Shown here: positions 19,168 to 28,126 of the stretch, one piece after another | How the letters are laid out: every line of letters begins with the position of its first letter | Position numbering within the stretch: the stretch's first letter is position 1 | Origin: an uncultured Paraprevotella sp. | GTDB lineage: Bacteria > Bacteroidota > Bacteroidia > Bacteroidales > Bacteroidaceae | DNA length: 53,190 nt | Assembly (NCBI GenBank): GCA_964412085.1 | Contig: CAYPMY010000001.1 | Span: 1 to 53,190 of the forward strand | Reading direction: 5' to 3' | Translations under genes and position numbers: made by a program | The notes under the pieces: model-generated | What the model was told of the DNA's origin: nothing | Databases searched by the model: none | The model's input: only the letters and a program-made list of their open reading frames with translations

Positions 19168-22100
19168 ATGAAAACTAAAGGATTCTTGTTTGCCCTCGCT
19201 GTTGCTGGTTGTTATCCTTGGGCAGCGCAAGGCCAGGTCGTGGACCGGATCTTGCTCGGCCAAGCGGAAAGCGAGAAAGTGCATGGACTTACGGTGTATT
19301 GCCCGGAGAACGTGAAAGTCGCTGAGGGAGGTTTCATGGGAGAGAGCGGACGCAGTTGCCTGCGTTTCGAAGACAATCCTTTCGCCGGACAATATCCGGG
19401 CATCTATGGCGGAGAATACAGCTTTGTGCTGAAAGTGGACGGTAGCCGGCAGAACTACCTGACCCTTCGGACATACGGCGGAGACGCTGCTGTAAACAAT
19501 GAACGATACAGGGTGCAAATCGAAAACAAGGATTTGATGGACTACTCCCGCAATGCCGTGACATTCAGCGGGCAGAAGGCAACCGGTGCTTTTGCCTACA
19601 ACACGATGATTGTGCCGCGTCAGGTGACGGACGGCAAGAGATTCGTGGTCGTGCGCGTCCGTGGCGTAGGGCGTTATTACGGTTACGGTACGCCCGGGGT
19701 ATTCGAAACCTATCAACGCGTCATGGAGGGCGACTTGCCTCCCATATATGCCGCATACATGACGACGAACCCGATGTTCGGGGTCTTGGATGATGAAAGG
19801 CCAGGTTCCATTTTAAAGTACGAGGATGCCCGGGCGAAGACAAGCGAAAGCTTGGCGACGTTGCGGCAAAAAATAGTGGATGGCCTGAATTCGACGATGA
19901 AAAAGGAAATCGAAGGTTATGATTTCAAGCCGGCTTACGGGAACAATAATTTCAATATCGTTGAAGTCATGGGTACGGCATATCAAAAGGGGTATTACGG
20001 GAACAAGCCTGCGGACTTGGCGGCAAAGATAAAAGTAGCTATCGACTCTTTGGTATATATCAATAATTTAGGGAAAAAAGGTGTCGTGGTGAAACGTTCC
20101 GTCATGGGAAACACCGCGACGGTGCAAGCGGCATCGGCAGGCTGGGGCGGGCTTTATGGTGAGCAGGGGCTCGGGATGTATCAGTTATGGAGGGCCGGAC
20201 AGTTGAGCGACGGTTTCCTGGACCAGTTGGTCGACTTGGGCGGGGGAGAAGGCCGAACCCGGCGTGAGCAATGGATTGAAGTCTTCAAGGAAAGTCTGGA
20301 CTACGGGTGTACGTATAACGGTCGCCGTTTCATCACGAATCAGACCATGGAAGCCGCTTATAGTGTTTACGGGGCGGCTTTGGCCTTGTATGCCTTGGAT
20401 GACACGTGTTACCGGAACGCGCCCCGACTGGGGCTTCGTTTCCTGCGTGAAGCCGTCGGACTGGATTTTTGGACGGGTGTCCCGAAAGATTATTCATTCG
20501 ACGGGACGATACAAGACAAGGATGGGTTTCCGGATTATGAGATAGGCGATTCCCGGAGCACGGATTCCCAAGTCAACTTCTGGGGGACGGATTTCAAGGT
20601 GATGACGGAAAAAGGAAACGGGAGGGAAGCCGGATGGACTTGCGTGAATTGTTACGGCAACTTGGGGCCGCGTATCACAGCCATGTACCTGGCCACTTTG
20701 GGCGACCCGTTTATCGGGAAGGAGGCCGGAGGGAACGGGGATGAAGAAATCCTGTCCAAGGCCGTGGCGAACGAGAAGACGCAGGCATGGTTTACTTTCC
20801 CGTGGGTGGATGCCGAAGGGTACAAACAGATAACGGGAGAGGGGGTTACTTGTTGGCGCAACCGGTACGACCCGGGGGAGCCTTATTATAACAATCTTGT
20901 CGTGGCCGCAATCAGCGGGGATGAAGAGTTGCTCGGGCATGTGTGGCAAAGCTATGAAGAGGGCCGTCTGGGGATAGTGGAAGACATGAGGAGCAATTTG
21001 TTCAATTATTATTCCTGTTCTTATTGGTTGCCCGAATGTATCGACAAGTTGCAGGCTTACGGTGACAGCCATGGCGGAAGCGCGCAGGCTTCCATGCCGT
21101 CGGTTCCCCAAAAACCGGATTACGTGAAGGGGGACGAGCAAGTCGGTATCGTGGCGGTGAAACACGGTTCGGAATATTTGTTTGTGAACTTTTACAGCGA
21201 GAGCAGCCTCGGCTCGTGTGGACGGGCGCATGTCGTGAATCAGCGTGAAGTGCGCGACATCAATTTCATACCGGATGTGATGGAATATGCGGCATCGGGC
21301 ACGATGGAAACGATACCCGAAGAATACTGGAACGGTAACCATAAGATCACTTATCCCGACCGGCCGGAAATGGCAGACGGAGGGAGCGTGTATGAGGTAC
21401 CTTCTTATGACGCCGTGCCGGGACATTATAACAGTATGCGCACCATGTGCCGTTTTTACCAGCAACAGTTGGGTGCATATCTCGTTGCCCAGAATGCCAC
21501 TCCTGACGAGACTTACACCCTGCGTGTGACCGGTGGGCTGGAGGGACAGAAAGCCGTGAACGTGGCTACCGGCGAGGAGGTGACATTGTCGGGCGACATA
21601 CGGGTCGCTCCGCTCACGTCCGTGGCCTTTTATCTGACGGACTATGTGGAAGATGCTTCCCGGGGAATCTTGCCAGAAGCGCAAGCGGACACGGAGGATT
21701 TGAAAAACCGGGTAGAGGAATTGGTACCGTTCGCGCGGCAAGCATCGACCCGGTTGTCGGAGGAATCCCGTAACGGGTATTATTCCCGCGATGCCTTCAT
21801 GCCCTTTTTCAAGGAACTGACGCTTGCGAACTATGTCGCCTACGCTGGTGTCTCCGATCGTGAAGAGGTTGACAGCGTGCGGGCCGTATTGGAGGAAGCA
21901 TACGCCACGTTTGCCGGGACGCATTACGCCTACGATGCCTGTGCCGTGCCGGGCGACTGTGATTATCGGAAAAAGGTGGCACAGGACGGTGCCTTGCAAA
22001 TAAAGTCCGGGAGCAGTTTGGTGAATGCCATGGACCGGGCATGGGTGCTGATTCCCGTGCAAGCGGAAGAAGACGGGGATTATACCCTGACGATACAGGC

Positions 22101-23448
22101 ACGCGGTCACGTGCCCGATGCGAAAGAGCCGTCTTTGAACGTGGACTTGTTCACGGACGAACAATATTGGAGCGGTGAGATGCCCTTGGACACGTCCAAA
22201 ACCCGGCAAGTGGCATACGCCATGTCCGGGTTTTCCGAATACAAGTGGCATGTACGCCTTCCGGCAGGCGAAACGCGGCTTTTAAAGCTCACGTTTCTGG
22301 CTAACGCTTCCGGTTACACAGTCGATTTGGGAAAGGCCTCGTTTGCCCTTTCTACCTGGTACGACAGGTTGCAGCAGAAGATAGAGAGTGCGGATAGCCT
22401 GTACGACGCATACGCCGCGTCGGAATTGGTGACAGACGGGCAACGGGAAGAACTGGGAACGGCCATAGACGCGGCCAGGCAGGTAAAGAAGGATGCGCCG
22501 GATGCAACGGCCCGGTCTGCCTGCGAAGACTTGGCGGCCGCGATGGAGCGTTTTACCATGGGGATTGCCGCATGGAAGTATCCTTCGGCTGATATACAGT
22601 TCCGTATCGGCAACACATCGCAAACCGGCGATGGTGCCACGTTTGAAGTACGTAATTCTTCGAGCGGGAATGCGGACAACGGATTCCTGGGTGCCATAAA
22701 GTTCGACGTGTCCGGTTTGAAAGGGAGGAAATGCGTGTCGGCCACATTGTCAGTGGTTACGATGGAGAGCGGTTGCAAAGTGGCTGTCCACCCGTTTAGT
22801 ACGGATTGGGGAGAGACAGGCGGAACGACGGACTCTTATGCGGCCAAACGGGAATATATCGACGAGGCTTTGGCTTCCGATGCGATATGGGTCTTCTCGG
22901 CGGCGCTCGGGGGCGGACGCAAGATGTTCGAATGGATTCCGAGCCGGGACAAGACCTATACGGTAGAAGACTGGCGAGTGCGGGGAGACGTGACGGATTA
23001 CGTGAAGCAAGTGCTGGACGAGGGGCGGCAGGAGGCAAGTTTCTTGTTTGCCCCCGCCGATGACGGTTCGACTCGCACGACGGTCGTCTGCAAGGACGTG
23101 AGCGAGGCGACGTTCGGGGAGTCGACGACGGGAGGCGTTTACCTGGAAGGCGAGAACATGGGACAACCTACGGGAGAGACCGTGACCCGTTGGTCGCGTG
23201 TCGTGGAGGTGCTGGCGCAGGACGGTTCCGGGTTATCCGCCTTGAAACCGACGTTGACGTTGGAGCTTGATGACCCGGACGGAATAAGGCGGGTGGAAAT
23301 CAAGGCTGAGCCCGAATGGCCTGAGTTGGTGGACGTGTATGACTTGGAAGGACGGAAAGTCCTGAGCGGGGTTCCGCTCAGGAACGTCTTGGACAGATTG
23401 TCGCGTGGAGTCTATATCATTAACGGGAAGAAGTGTCAAATACGGTGA
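19168..23448 (+). CDS. Large secreted uncharacterised multidomain protein (unknown N-terminal region, FIVAR-like helices, CBM-like and DNRLRE/CBM96-like modules, T9SS CTD)
   Basis: Signal peptide MKTKGFLFALAVAGCYPWAAQG, with the start placed after an A-rich leader. C-terminus VDVYDLEGRKV...RGVYIINGKK is a Prevotella-type CTD. ADIQFR...LGAIKFDVSGL...VSATLSV resembles a DNRLRE domain. Confidence 0.75.
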   Translation: MKTKGFLFALAVAGCYPWAAQGQVVDRILLGQAESEKVHGLTVYCPENVKVAEGGFMGESGRSCLRFEDNPFAGQYPGIYGGEYSFVLKVDGSRQNYLTLRTYGGDAAVNNERYRVQIENKDLMDYSRNAVTFSGQKATGAFAYNTMIVPRQVTDGKRFVVVRVRGVGRYYGYGTPGVFETYQRVMEGDLPPIYAAYMTTNPMFGVLDDERPGSILKYEDARAKTSESLATLRQKIVDGLNSTMKKEIEGYDFKPAYGNNNFNIVEVMGTAYQKGYYGNKPADLAAKIKVAIDSLVYINNLGKKGVVVKRSVMGNTATVQAASAGWGGLYGEQGLGMYQLWRAGQLSDGFLDQLVDLGGGEGRTRREQWIEVFKESLDYGCTYNGRRFITNQTMEAAYSVYGAALALYALDDTCYRNAPRLGLRFLREAVGLDFWTGVPKDYSFDGTIQDKDGFPDYEIGDSRSTDSQVNFWGTDFKVMTEKGNGREAGWTCVNCYGNLGPRITAMYLATLGDPFIGKEAGGNGDEEILSKAVANEKTQAWFTFPWVDAEGYKQITGEGVTCWRNRYDPGEPYYNNLVVAAISGDEELLGHVWQSYEEGRLGIVEDMRSNLFNYYSCSYWLPECIDKLQAYGDSHGGSAQASMPSVPQKPDYVKGDEQVGIVAVKHGSEYLFVNFYSESSLGSCGRAHVVNQREVRDINFIPDVMEYAASGTMETIPEEYWNGNHKITYPDRPEMADGGSVYEVPSYDAVPGHYNSMRTMCRFYQQQLGAYLVAQNATPDETYTLRVTGGLEGQKAVNVATGEEVTLSGDIRVAPLTSVAFYLTDYVEDASRGILPEAQADTEDLKNRVEELVPFARQASTRLSEESRNGYYSRDAFMPFFKELTLANYVAYAGVSDREEVDSVRAVLEEAYATFAGTHYAYDACAVPGDCDYRKKVAQDGALQIKSGSSLVNAMDRAWVLIPVQAEEDGDYTLTIQARGHVPDAKEPSLNVDLFTDEQYWSGEMPLDTSKTRQVAYAMSGFSEYKWHVRLPAGETRLLKLTFLANASGYTVDLGKASFALSTWYDRLQQKIESADSLYDAYAASELVTDGQREELGTAIDAARQVKKDAPDATARSACEDLAAAMERFTMGIAAWKYPSADIQFRIGNTSQTGDGATFEVRNSSSGNADNGFLGAIKFDVSGLKGRKCVSATLSVVTMESGCKVAVHPFSTDWGETGGTTDSYAAKREYIDEALASDAIWVFSAALGGGRKMFEWIPSRDKTYTVEDWRVRGDVTDYVKQVLDEGRQEASFLFAPADDGSTRTTVVCKDVSEATFGESTTGGVYLEGENMGQPTGETVTRWSRVVEVLAQDGSGLSALKPTLTLELDDPDGIRRVEIKAEPEWPELVDVYDLEGRKVLSGVPLRNVLDRLSRGVYIINGKKCQIR

Positions 23449-23542
23449 AAGGCCAAAGCAGGCGAGGGGATTGTCCTGCCGGGCAGACGATGCGGGATGG
23501 ACATTCCAGCCCTTCAAAGGCAGAATCTTAAAAACAAAGGTG

Positions 23543-25174
23543 ATGAGGGAAAAAGAGATTATCTTCTGTTCGCTTGCCTTCATGTGGGGCATGACGTCGG
23601 CTCAGGACATAGACGTAAGGGAAGCGAAAGGAGAGGAATTAGGGCATTATTGGAGCATGGGCGTGGGCGCGGGTCGCGTGAACGAGGGCTTGCGCGCGGG
23701 CTGGCTGGAGCATCTGCGGACGGCGAGGGAGCATTGCGGGTTCCGTTACGTCCGGATGCATGACCTGTTCAACGACGACATGTTCGTCTATCTTGAGAAA
23801 CCAGACGGGCAAGTCGTCTATAACTGGCAGTATGTGGACGAAGTGTACGACCGGATGCTTTCATTGGGAGTGAAGCCGTTCGTGGAACTTTCGTTCTTTC
23901 CTACGGGGATTGCCGCCAAGGACAGCAAGACACAAATGTGGTACAAGAACAAGGTCACGGTGGATCGCGGCAATTTCGGGAAATGGCATGACCTGATTTC
24001 GGCATTCACCCGGCACGTGGTGGAGCGTTACGGCATGGACGAGGTCCGCACTTGGTATTTTGAGGTGTGGAATGAAGCGAACCTCCATTATCCCGGTTTT
24101 TTCGACGGGACGAAGAAAGATTATCTCGAACTTTACCGCCAGGCCGCCAAGGCCATCAAGGCAGTGGACGCCAGGCTGAAGGTCGGTGGGCCGGCCACAA
24201 GCAATTTCGTGGCAGACAAGCGTTTTGACGGTGACGTGTATGACTACGGGAAATCGGTGTTCTATACGCAGGAAGAAATCAACAAGCAGCAGTGGAAAGG
24301 CGCGTGGATAGAAGACTTCCTGTGCTTTTGCGAGAAGGAGGGATTGCCGGTGGATTTTGTTTCCACCCATCCTTATCCGACGGATTACGCATTGGACCCC
24401 GAGGCGGGACGGGGAAAGGATGCCATACGCTATGTGCATTCGCTCCACGATGACGCGACGTGGCTGCGCGGGGCATTGGCCAAGAGCAAGTATCCCCATG
24501 CCGAGATTCACCTTACGGAATGGAGCACCAGCCCGAACAGCCGTGACGCCATGCACGACCTGTTGCCGCCGGCCGCTTATATCATCAAGGCGAACTTGGA
24601 TTGCATAGGGCTTGTGAATTCCTTGATGTATTGGACGTTTACGGACGTGTTCGAAGAGAAAGGGGGCGGAGAGGAAGCTTTTCACGGCGGTTTCGGCATG
24701 ATTAATTTCCAGGGAATCGTGAAACCGTCGTTCCATGCTTATCGGATGTTGAATGCCTTGGGGGACGAGAAGTTGTATTACAAAGACCCGCTCTTCGTGA
24801 GCCGTTCTTCCCGTACCGGGAAAGTCACGGCGCTGGCCTTCAATTATCCGGCAGAGTTCGAGGGACACGTGCCGGCCGCGCGTGACAAGGGTACTTACAT
24901 GAATGCTTCTTCCAAGCATGTGGAAATACGCTTGAAGGGCTTCGCCCCCGGTGCGGTGTTTGCCTTGGAGGTGCTGGACGAAGGGCACGGCAACGCATAC
25001 GGGGCATACGAGGCCATGGGCAAGCCCCATTCCCTCAGCCAAGGGATGGTGGCGGCCTTGAAGGACGCGGCATGGGGGACAGCCAAGGAAACGGTGCGTG
25101 CCGACGGGGACGGTGTGCTGCGCCTGAGCCGCGAGTTGCCGCCTTGGGCCTGCCTGCTGGCCAGGGAATTGTAA
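23543..25174 (+). CDS. Glycoside hydrolase family 39 (beta-xylosidase/iduronidase-like)
   Basis: GFRYVRMHDLFNDDM, KPFVELSFFP, WYFEVWNEANL (acid/base), LKVGGPA, DFVSTHPY, IHLTEW (nucleophile) and YWTFTDVFEE...FHGGFG. Start reassigned to MREKEIIF, which gives a signal peptide. Confidence 0.92.
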   Translation: MREKEIIFCSLAFMWGMTSAQDIDVREAKGEELGHYWSMGVGAGRVNEGLRAGWLEHLRTAREHCGFRYVRMHDLFNDDMFVYLEKPDGQVVYNWQYVDEVYDRMLSLGVKPFVELSFFPTGIAAKDSKTQMWYKNKVTVDRGNFGKWHDLISAFTRHVVERYGMDEVRTWYFEVWNEANLHYPGFFDGTKKDYLELYRQAAKAIKAVDARLKVGGPATSNFVADKRFDGDVYDYGKSVFYTQEEINKQQWKGAWIEDFLCFCEKEGLPVDFVSTHPYPTDYALDPEAGRGKDAIRYVHSLHDDATWLRGALAKSKYPHAEIHLTEWSTSPNSRDAMHDLLPPAAYIIKANLDCIGLVNSLMYWTFTDVFEEKGGGEEAFHGGFGMINFQGIVKPSFHAYRMLNALGDEKLYYKDPLFVSRSSRTGKVTALAFNYPAEFEGHVPAARDKGTYMNASSKHVEIRLKGFAPGAVFALEVLDEGHGNAYGAYEAMGKPHSLSQGMVAALKDAAWGTAKETVRADGDGVLRLSRELPPWACLLAREL

Positions 25175-25323
25175 TGCAAGCGCATGAAGCCGCAGGGAGG
25201 CCCGGACGGGGACGGGCTTCCGGGGAAGGGCCTGCGCGGGGATCCCCCGGCTTGGACGGGCGAGCCCGGAACGGCCATCGGGGCGACATGGCGGGTGTCT
25301 TCACGCATGGGGACGGAAGGGGA

Positions 25324-25573
25324 TGCGCCGGCGCGGACGAGTTCGGTTGCCGTGCGCGGGACAGGCCGCGGCATCCCTCGGGAGGCTTGAGCAAAGTGTC
25401 AATCCAAGGCTTGCGAGATTCCCTTATTCGGGAGCCTCTTCCGGATTCCCCGGAAATACGCGATTCTCGCGCATCCGCAAAAGGCCGGGAAGTAAGCCTT
25501 TTGCGGATTTTGCTTCCATTTTGGCAAAGGGAAGGGCGCGGTTCACGTAGATTGCGCCTTGACGTGAAAGCAT
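25324..25573 (+). repeat. 250-bp direct repeat, copy 1 (left flank of RM cassette)
   Basis: Matches 29764-30013 except at 4 positions (25331, 25375, 25418, 25421). Contains a perfect 13-bp inverted repeat ATCCGCAAAAGGC/GCCTTTTGCGGAT at 25473-25508. Confidence 0.97.
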
Positions 25574-25823
25574 AGCCTAATGGAAAAAGTGGGATGGAAC
25601 ATCGGAAAAATCCCATTGATGAATATCTTGCCCGGCATTCACCGCTTGCTGTCTCTTCGACGACAAACCTGAGACACTACCCGTACATGCCGGAAGGACA
25701 AGTCAACTTGATTTGTCCTGATTGGTGCAAAAGATTGTCCCGAACTCGCGTAAATATGGGAAAATAGACATGATAGTTTTCAAATGACGATTGGTTATTG
25801 CCCATATAAACAATCCTGAACCC

Positions 25824-25854
25824 TTTGTATTTCTAAATATTTGCCGTACCTTTG
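25824..25854 (+). promoter_or_regulatory. Bacteroidetes sigma-A promoter of the RM operon
   Basis: TTTG (25824-27)-N19-TACCTTTG (25847-54) matches the -33/-7 consensus, 38 bp upstream of the ATG at 25893. Confidence 0.8.
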
Positions 25855-25892
25855 CCAAAGATTGTCAAATATAAAAATATATTTACCACAAT

Positions 25893-27266
25893 ATGTACGG
25901 GGTATGTCAAATTTTAAAGGAAATCAGAGAACATAGAGGAATTGCGCTTCAATCAGTTCATGTTGCTTCAGGTATACATCTGGCACAACTCAGCAGAATT
26001 GAAAATGGCAAGAGACTCCCTACTCTCGAACAGATTCAAATCCTTGCTAAAATATACGAATGTGACGAAAAACGTCTCATAATTCAAAGAGAAAGCGACC
26101 GCATTATTGAGTCTATTCCATATCCTGAAATAGCATTGGAAACACTCAAGGTTGCGGAGGCCAAAATGACTTATGGTTCTCAATATCTGACGTTATTTCC
26201 CGAAACATCTGTTGAGCCAAAGATAGGACTTGAAAGCCGCAGGTATATAGGAAATAAAGCCAGTCTTACAGATTGGATTATGTCTATTATAGAGAAACAC
26301 ACATCCGCTTCAGGTACTTTTTGTGATATTTTTGCTGGTTCTGGTTCTGTTGCAAAAAAAGCAATACCTGTTTTTGATAAGGTTATAATGAATGATTTTT
26401 TATTCTCGAATAACATTATCTATCAGGGTTTTTTTGGAAGCGGAGAATGGAGCATTGAAAAAGTTTCAGAAATCATAGCTTCATATAATGAAACAGAAGT
26501 CGAGTATCTACCAGAAAATTATTTTTCAATTAACTTTGGAGGTAAGTTCTTCGAACACAGACTTGCCAAACTGATTGGCTATATTCGCGAGAACTTAGAG
26601 GATATGCGACCGACATTGACAGACAAGGAATATGCCGTCTTATTGGCTTCGCTTATATACAGTATCGATAAGCACGCGAATACAGTAGGTCATTTTGATG
26701 CTTATATCAAAAAAACTATTGCAGAGCGACCGTTCAGGCTGAAAATGATCGATGTGCATAATTGTTCTAATGTTGAAATTTATAGGGAGGATTCCAATTC
26801 ACTCGCACGAAATATTTCTTGTGATGTCGCATATATTGACCCGCCATACAATTCACGCCAATATTGCCGCTTTTATCACGTCTACGAGAATCTTGTAAAA
26901 TGGGAAAAGCCGGCACTTTATGGAGCTGCACTTAAACCTGTCCCTGAAAACATGAGCGGTTTCTGTACAAGTCGGGCACCTTTGTTTTTTGAGGATTTAA
27001 TAGCTAATTTGGATGCACGATATTTTGTTGTGTCATACAATAACACTTACCAATCGAAGAGCAAATCTTCGGCAAACAAGATAAAATTGGAACAATTACT
27101 TGAAGTGTTAAGCAAGTGTGGAAAGACACAAGTGTTTGAACACTCATATAATGCCTTCAATACAGGTAAAACAGAATTTGCAGACCATAAAGAACTCTTA
27201 TTTGTTACGAAAGTTGATGATGAAAGAAAACGTAAAGCGTTCGCCTCTCTTTTATGTGGGCGATAA
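25893..27266 (+). CDS. XRE-type HTH fused to DNA adenine (m6A) methyltransferase, D12/FokI-like (M1)
   Basis: N-terminal HTH_3-like LKEIREHRGIA...QLSRIENGKRLPTLEQI. Then RRYIGNK, motif I FCDIFAGSGSV and motif IV YIDPPYN. Confidence 0.9.
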   Translation: MYGVCQILKEIREHRGIALQSVHVASGIHLAQLSRIENGKRLPTLEQIQILAKIYECDEKRLIIQRESDRIIESIPYPEIALETLKVAEAKMTYGSQYLTLFPETSVEPKIGLESRRYIGNKASLTDWIMSIIEKHTSASGTFCDIFAGSGSVAKKAIPVFDKVIMNDFLFSNNIIYQGFFGSGEWSIEKVSEIIASYNETEVEYLPENYFSINFGGKFFEHRLAKLIGYIRENLEDMRPTLTDKEYAVLLASLIYSIDKHANTVGHFDAYIKKTIAERPFRLKMIDVHNCSNVEIYREDSNSLARNISCDVAYIDPPYNSRQYCRFYHVYENLVKWEKPALYGAALKPVPENMSGFCTSRAPLFFEDLIANLDARYFVVSYNNTYQSKSKSSANKIKLEQLLEVLSKCGKTQVFEHSYNAFNTGKTEFADHKELLFVTKVDDERKRKAFASLLCGR

Positions 27267-28125
27267 ATATAAATTTATCACCGAAATAAAGACCCACTTC
27301 CCTAAAAGGATAAACAAATTTGTCGAACCTTTTGTGGGAGGCGGTTCTGTATTTATGAATGTAGAGGCTAACGATTTTGTATTGAATGACATTGACGCAA
27401 ATGTCATAGCCTTGCATAAATATCTTTCTGAACAAGCCGGTAATACGGACTTATTCTTTGACAACGTTTGGCATCTGATTAACAAATATGGATTGTCTTG
27501 TTCGTATCTGTCTGATATTGTTCCAAGTGAATTGAAGCAAAAGTTCCCTAAGACTTATTTTGCAAAGTTCAATAAGGAAAGATATAATCGGTTGCGGGCA
27601 GATTACAACGAGTCCGACAGGACTGATGTTATCATTCTTTATTTGTTGCTCATATATGGTTTTAATCGAATGTTGAGATTTAACTCAAACGGAGATTTCA
27701 ATCTGCCTGTCGGCAATGTTGACTTTAACCTCAATACAGTTAATGCTCTCAAGTCTTATTTTAATGAAGTTGAAAAAAAGAATCCTAAATGGTATAACCT
27801 CGATTTTCGTGTTCTTATTCCACAACTTCAACTTGGAGGAGATGATTTGATTTATCTTGACCCCCCATATCTCATTACCTTTAGCGAATACAATAAACTT
27901 TGGAATGTAGATATTGAAAGGGAATTACTTGATTCTCTTGATACCATTTCCAAAGAAAACGTTAAGTTTGCAATATCGAATGTTACTCATTATAAGGGGC
28001 GTACAAACGATATGTTTATAGAATGGGCAAGACAATATAATGTACACTCTATAAAGAGTAATTATATTAGTTATCATGATAATACTATAAAACAGTTTAA
28101 TGAGGTGCTGGTCACCAACTATTGA
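27217..28125 (+). CDS. Dam-family DNA adenine methyltransferase (M2)
   Basis: RSPLFYVGDKYK, FVEPFVGGGSV and IYLDPPY. The likely start at ATG 27217 or 27220 overlaps the 3' end of M1. Confidence 0.9.
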   Translation: MMKENVKRSPLFYVGDKYKFITEIKTHFPKRINKFVEPFVGGGSVFMNVEANDFVLNDIDANVIALHKYLSEQAGNTDLFFDNVWHLINKYGLSCSYLSDIVPSELKQKFPKTYFAKFNKERYNRLRADYNESDRTDVIILYLLLIYGFNRMLRFNSNGDFNLPVGNVDFNLNTVNALKSYFNEVEKKNPKWYNLDFRVLIPQLQLGGDDLIYLDPPYLITFSEYNKLWNVDIERELLDSLDTISKENVKFAISNVTHYKGRTNDMFIEWARQYNVHSIKSNYISYHDNTIKQFNEVLVTNY

Positions 28126-28126
28126 T

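Noticed and set aside
25323-25550. Short ORFs in both repeat copies (75 aa here; 109/62 aa at ~29661-30015)
   Set aside because: Arg/Pro-rich by-products of GC-rich repeat DNA, with different starts in the two copies and no protein-like features.
25324-25573. Repeat as an integron attC site, IS end or CRISPR
   Set aside because: No clear RYYYAAC…GTTRRRY ends, no integrase, transposase or cas gene, only two copies, and no repeat-spacer periodicity.
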